NCBI GenBank assembly: GCA_046350735.1
Contig: JAXLZU010000001.1
Coordinates: 204,530-268,529, forward strand
DNA length: 64,000 nt
From: Candidatus Saccharimonadota bacterium
Lineage (GTDB): Bacteria; Patescibacteriota; Saccharimonadia; CAILAD01; BJGX01
Reading direction: 5' to 3'
Part shown: in pieces, positions 20,230 to 27,964 of the stretch
Numbering within the stretch: the first letter of the stretch is position 1
Layout: each line of letters opens with the position of its first letter
Program-made: the position numbers and the translations under genes
The notes under the pieces: model-generated
Database searches by the model: none
What the model was told of the DNA's origin: nothing
The model's input: only the letters and a program-made list of their open reading frames with translations

Positions 20230-20338
20230 TGCCTTGAAGAGAGTTTGTATAAGTGAATGGTAAGCGCGACAATAGATCGCGCGATGAAAACCAATTCACC
20301 TCAACCATCAGCTAACAAGTAAATGTTATAATATAGCT

Positions 20339-20620
20339 ATGTCGTTTCAGGCCTACTTAGACAATATAGAAGAAAAAACTGGCAAAACTCCAAACCAGTT
20401 TATAGAGCTGGCAAAAGCAAAGGGTTTTGGTAAAGATACCAAATCTGGCGAGATAGTAGACTGGCTAAAACAAGATTACGATTTGGGCCGAGGCCACGCT
20501 ATGGCGTTAGTATATGTAATAAAAAATGGGCCAAAAATACGTGATAAACATGTAAATAGTGGTGGTACCCATAGCGATGCTAGTAACGAGTTAAGACTAG
20601 ACGGTATAAAAAACAGATAG
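20339..20620 (+). CDS. DUF4287-like protein
   Basis: MSFQAYLDNIEEKTGK..WLK.DY.LGRGHAMA. Confidence 0.8.
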   Translation: MSFQAYLDNIEEKTGKTPNQFIELAKAKGFGKDTKSGEIVDWLKQDYDLGRGHAMALVYVIKNGPKIRDKHVNSGGTHSDASNELRLDGIKNR

Positions 20621-20749
20621 AATGTATCGATACAAAACAGCCCCATAGGGGTCTTTTTTGTAATTAGCCTATGCTTTTAATTACTTCTCGTCGATTATAC
20701 AATTGCCTAAGCACCCGCATAGATACCAAAAAAAAGGGGGGGTTGAGAA

Positions 20750-21082
20750 ATGCCCACCAAATCAGAACCAGTCTATTTTTGGCTATGTGCCGATTGCGAT
20801 TTTTCTGTAATTGGCAGTGCAGAAGAAGCTGGCAAGCACTTTGGGCAGAAGGGTTGTTGGGGGCATTATATTTATGAATTTGTTTTAGAAAAAGATAGGC
20901 CTCTTCCATTTTCGGCTACAGGATCAGAGATACATACATCAGATTCATTGGTTGCCGATTACTATCTATCGCCCCGCAGCGAAGATGTAGATTATGTCTA
21001 TAAGACATTCTTTAAAAGAAAGTATAATGCGGCTGTAGAAAAATTATTTGCCAAACCAGTTGCAGCAAATAGCGACTCCTAG
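20750..21082 (+). CDS. hypothetical protein with CxxC..H zinc-finger-like N-terminus
   Basis: CADC-x12-H; GGGGGG SD; terminator overlapping stop. Confidence 0.65.
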   Translation: MPTKSEPVYFWLCADCDFSVIGSAEEAGKHFGQKGCWGHYIYEFVLEKDRPLPFSATGSEIHTSDSLVADYYLSPRSEDVDYVYKTFFKRKYNAAVEKLFAKPVAANSDS

Positions 21083-21101
21083 TATTACTAGGAGTATTTT
21101 A
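21075..21101 (+). terminator. intrinsic terminator overlapping stop codon
   Basis: ACTCCTAGT-att-ACTAGGAGT-ATTTT. Confidence 0.75.
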
Positions 21102-21245
21102 TTGTTACCAATTGGCATAGCAAACTATGCAATTAGCTCTCACTATCTAGTGTGGCTACTTGCGCAGTGCATAAATATAGAAAAATATCTATAAATATGG
21201 TAAAATACCGAAGTTCTAGTCAGCACCTTCAAAAAAGGGAGCCAG

Positions 21246-23078
21246 ATGCTCACAGAGGCCATTGCATTGGCACTAAGACACGGCACATATGTGTATGACA
21301 ATAAAGGCATTCTAGATAAAGAAAAAGCAACCTTCTGTTTTGACGATGGCGACTTTACACCCAACTACTCGCGCGAAGACTTTGCTGCATCAGAAGCTGC
21401 TTTGCTAAATAGACACATCCAGGGCTTGCAGGCAATGTCGCCGCAAGATGAACACTTAAGGGCTTTGGGGCCACAGTACGTTAGTACACGGCTAGGTAGC
21501 CAGAACCGCAAAGATGCACTACGAAATGCACGCAAACACACATTCTTGCCAGTAACACCAGAGTGGACAGATAGAGATGTCGAGTACCAGCTAACTCTGT
21601 TGGGCACTTGGCTAATGCGAGAGGCTCAGCGGAATTTGCCGTTTGGTTGCGTAGAAGCTGCCATTGGATTTTCGCAAAAGAGTCTAAAAGAGCGAGAAGA
21701 GAGACTTAAGGTAGTTTTTGAATATCTTCTGTGCAGTAATTGGTACGCAATTAACGAGTATCGAGCCAAAAAGTTTGCAGAAGAAAAGCGACATAACCCA
21801 CTAGAGGTGTTGCCTCGACAGTACGGCCAGTATCCATCGAGTCTGGTGCGGCCGAATTGCTTAGGTATTAGTGCTATGCTCTGTGGCTGGTGCGAGCTAG
21901 CTGGTGTGGAGTATATGTATGTAAATACTGTTCGCGATAGAAGCAGTACATTTGCTGAGATGTTGGTAGAAACCATTAAGTACTCACTTGCTTGGTGCCA
22001 GCAGCACGAAATTACTCTCTCCGAGGGAGATCTTTTTGCAATGCAGTCTCAGCTAGATGAGTTTACAAACCCCCATAGCGCAAGCCGTTTTCATCATTGT
22101 GTGGCAGTAAAGATGGCAGACGATTATTGGCTGATGTTAGATCCGTACCAAGAGCTATTGTTGCCCATCTCGCCTATAAATCACAGAACTGGCGACAGTA
22201 TAGAAGAAACGTATAGGCTGCTTTGTAGGATGCAAAGCAGCCTACCAGGTGTAGTTGTGCAGTATGAGTCAGAAGACTACGAAGCTATTCGAGGACCAGC
22301 CGAGAATCGTATTCAAGATAGTTTTGTGAGTGCGGTAGATGCTAAGTTATATATACAGTATTTTGGTAAAGACCCAGATACGTTATTTGGTGCAATTAAT
22401 CTTGCTCTCAAAGAAGGGTGGTTTGCGAGCTTTTGGGAAGATAATTGGCAGTCTTGTGGAATTTCGGGTAGCCACTTAGCATTTCCAGATAAAAAACGAG
22501 GTATTAACCATAGAACCTTTTATGAATGTATGTACGGTTGGGTAGGTGCATCAATACTAAACCTTGCCTCTGGCTATCGGTTTTCGAGTCTCGAAAAGTT
22601 AAAAGCCTATTATTCTGCAAACGAGGGTTTTGCTTACCGATACAGAGAATTGTTTCAGGCACTACCAATTATATTGTTTGTGCAGCAAATGCAGAAGTAT
22701 GTGTATGATGACAAATCTCAATATAACCACTTTGTAGTAGAATTTGGTAACCCGGCTTTTCAATTAGCGTGCAATACACTTAATCATTTGAGTGCATGGG
22801 ATGAAGAGTTTTCTGCTATGGTCTCACCGTTTGATATTGCAAAATTTAGTGGTAGCCAACTTATCTGGCACGATGCCTTGGCAAGGTGGTATAATACTGA
22901 CCAGTCTCACCAGGATGCTGAGTGGGAGACGTACCTTATTTCTCAACTTTGTAAATTAGAGAAGTACCAATGGCACTTCCAAACCCGGCAACTACTCACT
23001 TACCCCGACCAGGAGGAACCCAAAGATGCCGAGAATGACGAAAGAGCAGAAGGCAGCCGAGATCATGAAGCTGCGTAG
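21246..23078 (+). CDS. hypothetical protein with putative transglutaminase-like Cys-His-Asp core
   Basis: PNCLGISA..GV, FHHCVAV, WLMLDP in order. Confidence 0.55.
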   Translation: MLTEAIALALRHGTYVYDNKGILDKEKATFCFDDGDFTPNYSREDFAASEAALLNRHIQGLQAMSPQDEHLRALGPQYVSTRLGSQNRKDALRNARKHTFLPVTPEWTDRDVEYQLTLLGTWLMREAQRNLPFGCVEAAIGFSQKSLKEREERLKVVFEYLLCSNWYAINEYRAKKFAEEKRHNPLEVLPRQYGQYPSSLVRPNCLGISAMLCGWCELAGVEYMYVNTVRDRSSTFAEMLVETIKYSLAWCQQHEITLSEGDLFAMQSQLDEFTNPHSASRFHHCVAVKMADDYWLMLDPYQELLLPISPINHRTGDSIEETYRLLCRMQSSLPGVVVQYESEDYEAIRGPAENRIQDSFVSAVDAKLYIQYFGKDPDTLFGAINLALKEGWFASFWEDNWQSCGISGSHLAFPDKKRGINHRTFYECMYGWVGASILNLASGYRFSSLEKLKAYYSANEGFAYRYRELFQALPIILFVQQMQKYVYDDKSQYNHFVVEFGNPAFQLACNTLNHLSAWDEEFSAMVSPFDIAKFSGSQLIWHDALARWYNTDQSHQDAEWETYLISQLCKLEKYQWHFQTRQLLTYPDQEEPKDAENDERAEGSRDHEAA

Positions 23079-23274
23079 GGCTGGTATGAGCGATGCTCAG
23101 ATCATCGCCGAGCACAGCAACTTGCAGGCCGGCTACGTCTGGCTGCAAGAGAACCCCGATGGCACAGCCGAGGCCGAGTCGCCGAAGCGCCCCGTTGGTT
23201 CTGGCTCGTCGCCAGCACGTCTGCAGCCACAGCCGAGCTACGGTGCCGAGTTTCGCACCCCTCAGCTCAGCTAG
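23026..23274 (+). CDS. small high-GC hypothetical protein
   Basis: AGGAGG SD inside upstream gene; followed by terminator 23282-23309. Confidence 0.65.
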   Translation: MPRMTKEQKAAEIMKLRRAGMSDAQIIAEHSNLQAGYVWLQENPDGTAEAESPKRPVGSGSSPARLQPQPSYGAEFRTPQLS

Positions 23275-23379
23275 AACGTTTACCAGTCTTTAACGAGACT
23301 GGTTTTTTTATTGTAACTTTTGTTTATGAGAGAAAATTACCCTATAATTATTTTACTTTCTCTATAGAAAGAGGAGCAA

Positions 23380-23778
23380 ATGAACCTTTTAGATGTATTG
23401 CCAGAGCGGTTTTTTATCGATACTCTCACGATTGCAACATACGATGAATTCTTTGCGCTTGGGCCTCCATGTATGTATTGGTGGCAAGATCCTCAAAAAG
23501 ATCAACCGTGGCCAACGATACAGTTAGCACAAAAAACAGCTGTTAGGCTGTGGCATGGTAGAGTGCAGGTTATTCGCATGGGTGACTATTTGGTGTGGTG
23601 TAATTCAGACCCAATAGAGATAGGGGTAGTTAGGTATAGTGCACATGAGATTAATGACTTAAAAATAGTATCGGTACCAGAAATAGCTAGCTCTCTCAGT
23701 GAAGACCTGTGGGTAGCATGGATAGTAAGTAAAAAGCTAACTCATCAAGAAAGTGATGAGCTCAATAGTGACTTCTAG
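23380..23778 (+). CDS. hypothetical protein
   Basis: promoter TTGTTT-17-TATAAT, GAGGAG SD, terminator 23771-23797. Confidence 0.7.
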   Translation: MNLLDVLPERFFIDTLTIATYDEFFALGPPCMYWWQDPQKDQPWPTIQLAQKTAVRLWHGRVQVIRMGDYLVWCNSDPIEIGVVRYSAHEINDLKIVSVPEIASSLSEDLWVAWIVSKKLTHQESDELNSDF

Positions 23779-23835
23779 TACAACTAGGAGTTTTTTATTG
23801 TCACAAAATTTACTTGTCTACGTTATTTCTGTATC

Positions 23836-24282
23836 ATGAAAGACAAGATGGATACAGTAAAACATATTAGTAAAAAAGCTGCCGAAAAAGCCCAGAAACA
23901 GGCCCAAAAACACGCAAGCGGGTTTATGCAATTTATTCGCGAGCAAGGCGTAGTAACTCTTGCAGTTGGGTTTATATTGGCTGCTGCTGTTACTAAGACT
24001 GTCAACTCGCTTGTAACCGACATTATCAATCCCATACTGGGCATATTTCTCGGAAAAACCAATCTAGGAAGTGCCACATGGCAAGTGGGTGGTGTTACTA
24101 TCGCCTGGGGCAATTTTGTAAGTGCCTTAATAGATTTTTTAGTTATAGCTCTGGTTGTGTATATTGGCTTTAAAGTTTTACATCTCGATAGACTCGATAT
24201 TGATAAGAAAAAACGCGAAAAAGAAGCCGAAGATGCCGCCAAAAAAGAACAAGCTAGCGAAAAAACTATTAAGAAGAAATAA
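23836..24282 (+). CDS. mscL: large-conductance mechanosensitive channel family
   Basis: F..FI.EQGVVTLAVGFI..A...VNSLVTDII.P, WGNFVSALIDFLVIA. Confidence 0.88.
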   Translation: MKDKMDTVKHISKKAAEKAQKQAQKHASGFMQFIREQGVVTLAVGFILAAAVTKTVNSLVTDIINPILGIFLGKTNLGSATWQVGGVTIAWGNFVSALIDFLVIALVVYIGFKVLHLDRLDIDKKKREKEAEDAAKKEQASEKTIKKK

Positions 24283-24297
24283 CACCACCAATTTTCT

Positions 24298-24606
24298 ATG
24301 GTTATATTTGCCACCCTCACTCTCGTCGTAGCTTTTTTATACTGGACAGGTATACAAGTAGAAACTGGTAGAAGAAAACCTCAGCCCAAAGACCCATTCT
24401 TTCCTCTTTTTGGTAGAAATATTGATTATGTTGTGGGTAGCGCAGGAATATTGGTAGCGACAGGAATAATAATTGAAGCACTTGGCTTAAGTGTAAACTC
24501 TTATACATTAATCGGTATTGGCCTAGTGTGTATTATTGTTGGTGTTATTCGCCCATATCTTAACCCCAAAAAATTTGGCCCACGATGGATAAAGACTAAG
24601 GGCTAG
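24298..24606 (+). CDS. small membrane protein
   Basis: three hydrophobic segments. Confidence 0.6.
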   Translation: MVIFATLTLVVAFLYWTGIQVETGRRKPQPKDPFFPLFGRNIDYVVGSAGILVATGIIIEALGLSVNSYTLIGIGLVCIIVGVIRPYLNPKKFGPRWIKTKG

Positions 24607-24678
24607 TTATATTGCGTATTGACTTCGTAAGTCGAAAAATCTACCATACAGTTACGTACCTCGAAAAAAGGTGGGGCT

Positions 24679-25440
24679 ATGTCAACTACTCCCTATATTG
24701 GTGTAACAGGCTTTATGAGCAGAGCACAAGTAGAAGCTGCCTTAGAGGGTTTTCCGTTTTCGCCGTTTGTTAAGCTAATGGTTGGTGTATTAGTAAGTGA
24801 TAAGACGCTATCGGGTGTACCCAATAGTCACCCCAATAGCTTTCCTCACCCCGATGATATTGCAGAAATTTTTGTTGATGACCCCCGGGTCTTAAACTTG
24901 GTGCATTATAATACACACGACCAAAAAGGATTGGCGCGACAGTTAGATAGACTTTTTGATACCGCGGGGCCAAACTGTCATGGTGTACAACTCAATATTA
25001 CTTGGCCAAATATAGAAGAGTTAAAGCTGTTTCATGCGGCCTGGCGCGACAAGGTTATTGTTTTGCAGTTAGGTAAAGAAGCCTTTGAGGCTAAGCAAAG
25101 CCCAGAGATTGTTGCTAAGTATCTCAGTTATTACAAATACCTAATTGATTATCTTCTTTTTGATATGAGTGGTGGATTTGGTGTAGAGATAGATATAGAC
25201 TTGGCCTCAGAGACTATTGGTCAGTATTTAAGGCAAGGGCTAAGTAAGCATTTCGGTTTTGGCTTGGCAGGTGGGTTAGATGCCGAAAAGCTTGCAATGC
25301 TTGCTCCGTTACTGCGTACCATGCAGACAATTAGTATTGATGCCCAAGGTCGGCTACGCAGTGACGACCAGCTCGATTTAGAAAAAGTGAAAGCTTATAT
25401 TCGGGCAGCTCTGTTACTATACCGACGTGTTAAGGTATAA
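24679..25440 (+). CDS. TrpF/PRAI-like TIM-barrel protein
   Basis: GVQLN, LLFDMSGGFG, GLAGGL, SIDAQG. Confidence 0.65.
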   Translation: MSTTPYIGVTGFMSRAQVEAALEGFPFSPFVKLMVGVLVSDKTLSGVPNSHPNSFPHPDDIAEIFVDDPRVLNLVHYNTHDQKGLARQLDRLFDTAGPNCHGVQLNITWPNIEELKLFHAAWRDKVIVLQLGKEAFEAKQSPEIVAKYLSYYKYLIDYLLFDMSGGFGVEIDIDLASETIGQYLRQGLSKHFGFGLAGGLDAEKLAMLAPLLRTMQTISIDAQGRLRSDDQLDLEKVKAYIRAALLLYRRVKV

Positions 25441-25490
25441 ACTATTCTCCGAGACGTGAGCTCGGAGTTTTTTAGTGTTAGAATATAGCA

Positions 25491-26765
25491 ATGAAGCAAC
25501 TCGCCAAAAACGTTATTGTTAGGCAATTAAATAAGAAAGTTCGTAAGCTACTAGCGTTGCATAATATTACGCTTATAGAAGTAACTGGTACAGTTGGTAA
25601 AACCAGCACTAAGGTAGCAATAGGAAAAGTATTGTCTTCTCAGCGCAAAGTCAGATACAGCGAAGATAGCTATAATACCGATATTGGTATTCCACTAAGT
25701 TTGTTTGACAGCAAGGCACCTGCTCAGTTGTGGAATCTTAACTCTTGGCGAAAGATATTTGCGCAGATTGATGCACAAATTAGTAATTATCCATTCGATA
25801 CTGTTGTGCTCGAGCTGGCAGAAGACGAGCCGGCTATGATGGCTAGAGTACAAAAAATTCTCCCACCAGATATTACGGTAATTACCGAGGTAACACCTGC
25901 GCATATGGAGAGAATGCACGATATCAAAACCTTGCTTCATAATGCCTGGAAGATAGCTGCGCGTGGGAAATACATTTTTTACAATGCAGATAGCGAAGGA
26001 TTGCGAAAAAAAGCTTATAAAACTGGCACTACTGGTTATGGCTTGGCGTATGGCCAAGTAACATTTACCAATATTAGACGCAATAGCCAAGGTCTTTTAA
26101 AAGCTAAATTGCTATTAGGTAAAAACAGTACAGAAATACAGACCAAGATGTGTGGCCAGCAAAACCTACATGCATTATTGGCAGCAGCATCGGTGGCAGA
26201 CCATCTGGGTATGTCATTTACCAGTATCGTTAATGAGCTACAAACTATCATGCCCGTGAGGGGTCGTATGAATCTGTTACCGGCAATAGAAGGTGCTCGA
26301 CTTATTGATGATAGTTATAATTCAAGCCCCGACGCGGCCTTAGCCGCCCTACAGACACTCTCTGAGTTTAAGACAAGAAAAATTGCAGTACTTGGCAATA
26401 TGAACGAGCTAGGCCAGCATAGCCCAACCGAGCACGAACGCGTTGGCAAGGCTGCATCAGAAGTTGTAGATCTGCTAGTAGTAGTAGGGCCGCATGCCGA
26501 AAAATATCTGGCTCCGGCTGCAGAGCAAGCGGGGTTAGCGGCGGAAAATATCAAACGTTTTCGTACTCCATACGAGGCCGGACATTATATTAAATCAATC
26601 TTACAAAAGGGTGATGTGGTACTGGTAAAAGGAAGTCAAAATGGTGTATACAGTGAAGAAGTAAGTAGAATACTGCTAGACCCCAAGCTAGATCCTAGCG
26701 AAAACCTAGTTCGCCAAAGCAAAGACTGGCGACGTAAAAAGAAAAAAGCTTTTGCTTTGCATTAA
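25491..26765 (+). CDS. murF: UDP-MurNAc-tripeptide--D-Ala-D-Ala ligase
   Basis: VTGTVGKTSTK, GRM, IDDSYNSSP, LGNMNELG, VLVKGS. Confidence 0.92.
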   Translation: MKQLAKNVIVRQLNKKVRKLLALHNITLIEVTGTVGKTSTKVAIGKVLSSQRKVRYSEDSYNTDIGIPLSLFDSKAPAQLWNLNSWRKIFAQIDAQISNYPFDTVVLELAEDEPAMMARVQKILPPDITVITEVTPAHMERMHDIKTLLHNAWKIAARGKYIFYNADSEGLRKKAYKTGTTGYGLAYGQVTFTNIRRNSQGLLKAKLLLGKNSTEIQTKMCGQQNLHALLAAASVADHLGMSFTSIVNELQTIMPVRGRMNLLPAIEGARLIDDSYNSSPDAALAALQTLSEFKTRKIAVLGNMNELGQHSPTEHERVGKAASEVVDLLVVVGPHAEKYLAPAAEQAGLAAENIKRFRTPYEAGHYIKSILQKGDVVLVKGSQNGVYSEEVSRILLDPKLDPSENLVRQSKDWRRKKKKAFALH

Positions 26766-26800
26766 AACAGCGTACAATGACGCACATGGGAGAAATAGTA

Positions 26801-27487
26801 ATGTCACAAAAAAGTGAGCAAGCACCAGAACCGGTAGATATTTATTTAGATGTTGATCATGTTTGGCAACTCGACCCAGAACATAATATTCCCGAAAACG
26901 AACGCCGTACAATTTGTGCAATTGCCTGCATGAAGATGATTATCGACTATGTTGTGCCAGATAAAGCCAATCTTAGCTTGCATAGTATATTTAATGAAAT
27001 GCGAGATTCTGGTGGGCAAAATAGTAATATGCACTGGAAACATGCTGACGAAGTTAATTATTTTAAGAAACTCAATCTAGTATCGTGGCGAAGAAATTGG
27101 CTGGCGCCAAATCCAGACCCAAAATGGTTTGCCGAAAACGAGGAATATAATAATCAACAGCTGGTAGCTGTATCAGAACAAATGAAAGATGAGAGTCTTG
27201 CAGGTGGTTATACTAAACAGGCTCTCCATAGTATCCGTCAATCATTAGATGCTAACTTGCCAGTAATTGTGAGCGTGGCAGCGGGTTTTAGTGAAAACAG
27301 ACAAGATCATCAGATTGTTGTTAATGGGTATGGCAGCGATGGAAAGAACGAATGGTTATATTATGTAGACCCAGTTCTTTCTCCAGAAAAACATCAAGAT
27401 AGACAGAAAGTATCACTCGAGTATTTCTTAAAATTCTTTAATAACAGAGCAATCTTTGTAAAACAACCTACGCCATCTGAAATTTGA
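26801..27487 (+). CDS. peptidase C39-like protein
   Basis: CAIACMKM, PVIVSV, HQIVVNG, YVDP triad; start 26777 or 26801. Confidence 0.75.
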   Translation: MSQKSEQAPEPVDIYLDVDHVWQLDPEHNIPENERRTICAIACMKMIIDYVVPDKANLSLHSIFNEMRDSGGQNSNMHWKHADEVNYFKKLNLVSWRRNWLAPNPDPKWFAENEEYNNQQLVAVSEQMKDESLAGGYTKQALHSIRQSLDANLPVIVSVAAGFSENRQDHQIVVNGYGSDGKNEWLYYVDPVLSPEKHQDRQKVSLEYFLKFFNNRAIFVKQPTPSEI

Positions 27488-27519
27488 CAGGTGGCTATTT
27501 TTTTAATACTCTAGTAATT

Positions 27520-27588
27520 ATGCAACGAACACTACTCAATCTATTCGGTTTATTACTGCCACAGGCGGTTCGGGTTAGTGTACGTTAG
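27520..27588 (+). CDS. Leu-rich leader peptide MQRTLLNLFGLLLPQAVRVSVR
   Basis: 22-codon ORF downstream of TTGACA promoter, 6 Leu codons, followed by terminator. Confidence 0.7.
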   Translation: MQRTLLNLFGLLLPQAVRVSVR

Positions 27589-27614
27589 ATAATTTTTAGA
27601 TAAGACTACCACCC

Positions 27615-27642
27615 AAGCCGCCATAAGAATGGTGGTTTTTTT
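27615..27642 (+). terminator. attenuator terminator
   Basis: AAGCCGCCAT-aaga-ATGGTGGTTT-TTTT; 5' arm can pair alternatively with GGCGGTTCGGGT in leader. Confidence 0.75.
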
Positions 27643-27704
27643 GTTGTTCGCCTTCGGCTTACAGATTCTGTAGGTCGAAGCCCGCACCACAAAAGGAGAA
27701 AACG

Positions 27705-27857
27705 TTGAGCGATACGGTTTCGCCAAAAGAAGTAGAGCAGCCCAAACCACCGAAAAAAGTTGATACTTCTCAGGCTGAGAGCTCACCAGGTAAGGCCAGT
27801 CCGGTTTGGCCTTGCTTTAATGCACAGTATCCCGATGGCTTGCTGCCATATGCATAA
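27705..27857 (+). CDS. 50-aa Pro-rich small protein
   Basis: AAGGAG SD + TTG; MSDTVSPKEVEQPKPPKKVDTSQAESSPGKASPVWPCFNAQYPDGLLPYA. Confidence 0.5.
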   Translation: MSDTVSPKEVEQPKPPKKVDTSQAESSPGKASPVWPCFNAQYPDGLLPYA

Positions 27858-27964
27858 CGCTCTTTGATAGTTCCCTTGCGGGCACTGGCTCTGGGGTAGG
27901 TAAAACTACCCCAGAGCCGCGCTCGATTACGTTCTTGGTATAAATGAGGTAAAATAAGTACAGT

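Noticed and set aside
17920-20300. Complete DGR cassette
   Set aside because: No reverse transcriptase, Avd or template repeat in the window; kept only as a trans-acting hypothesis
27480-27964. T-box riboswitch before leuS
   Set aside because: No AAGGTGGTACC-type T-box consensus; a uORF attenuator fits better
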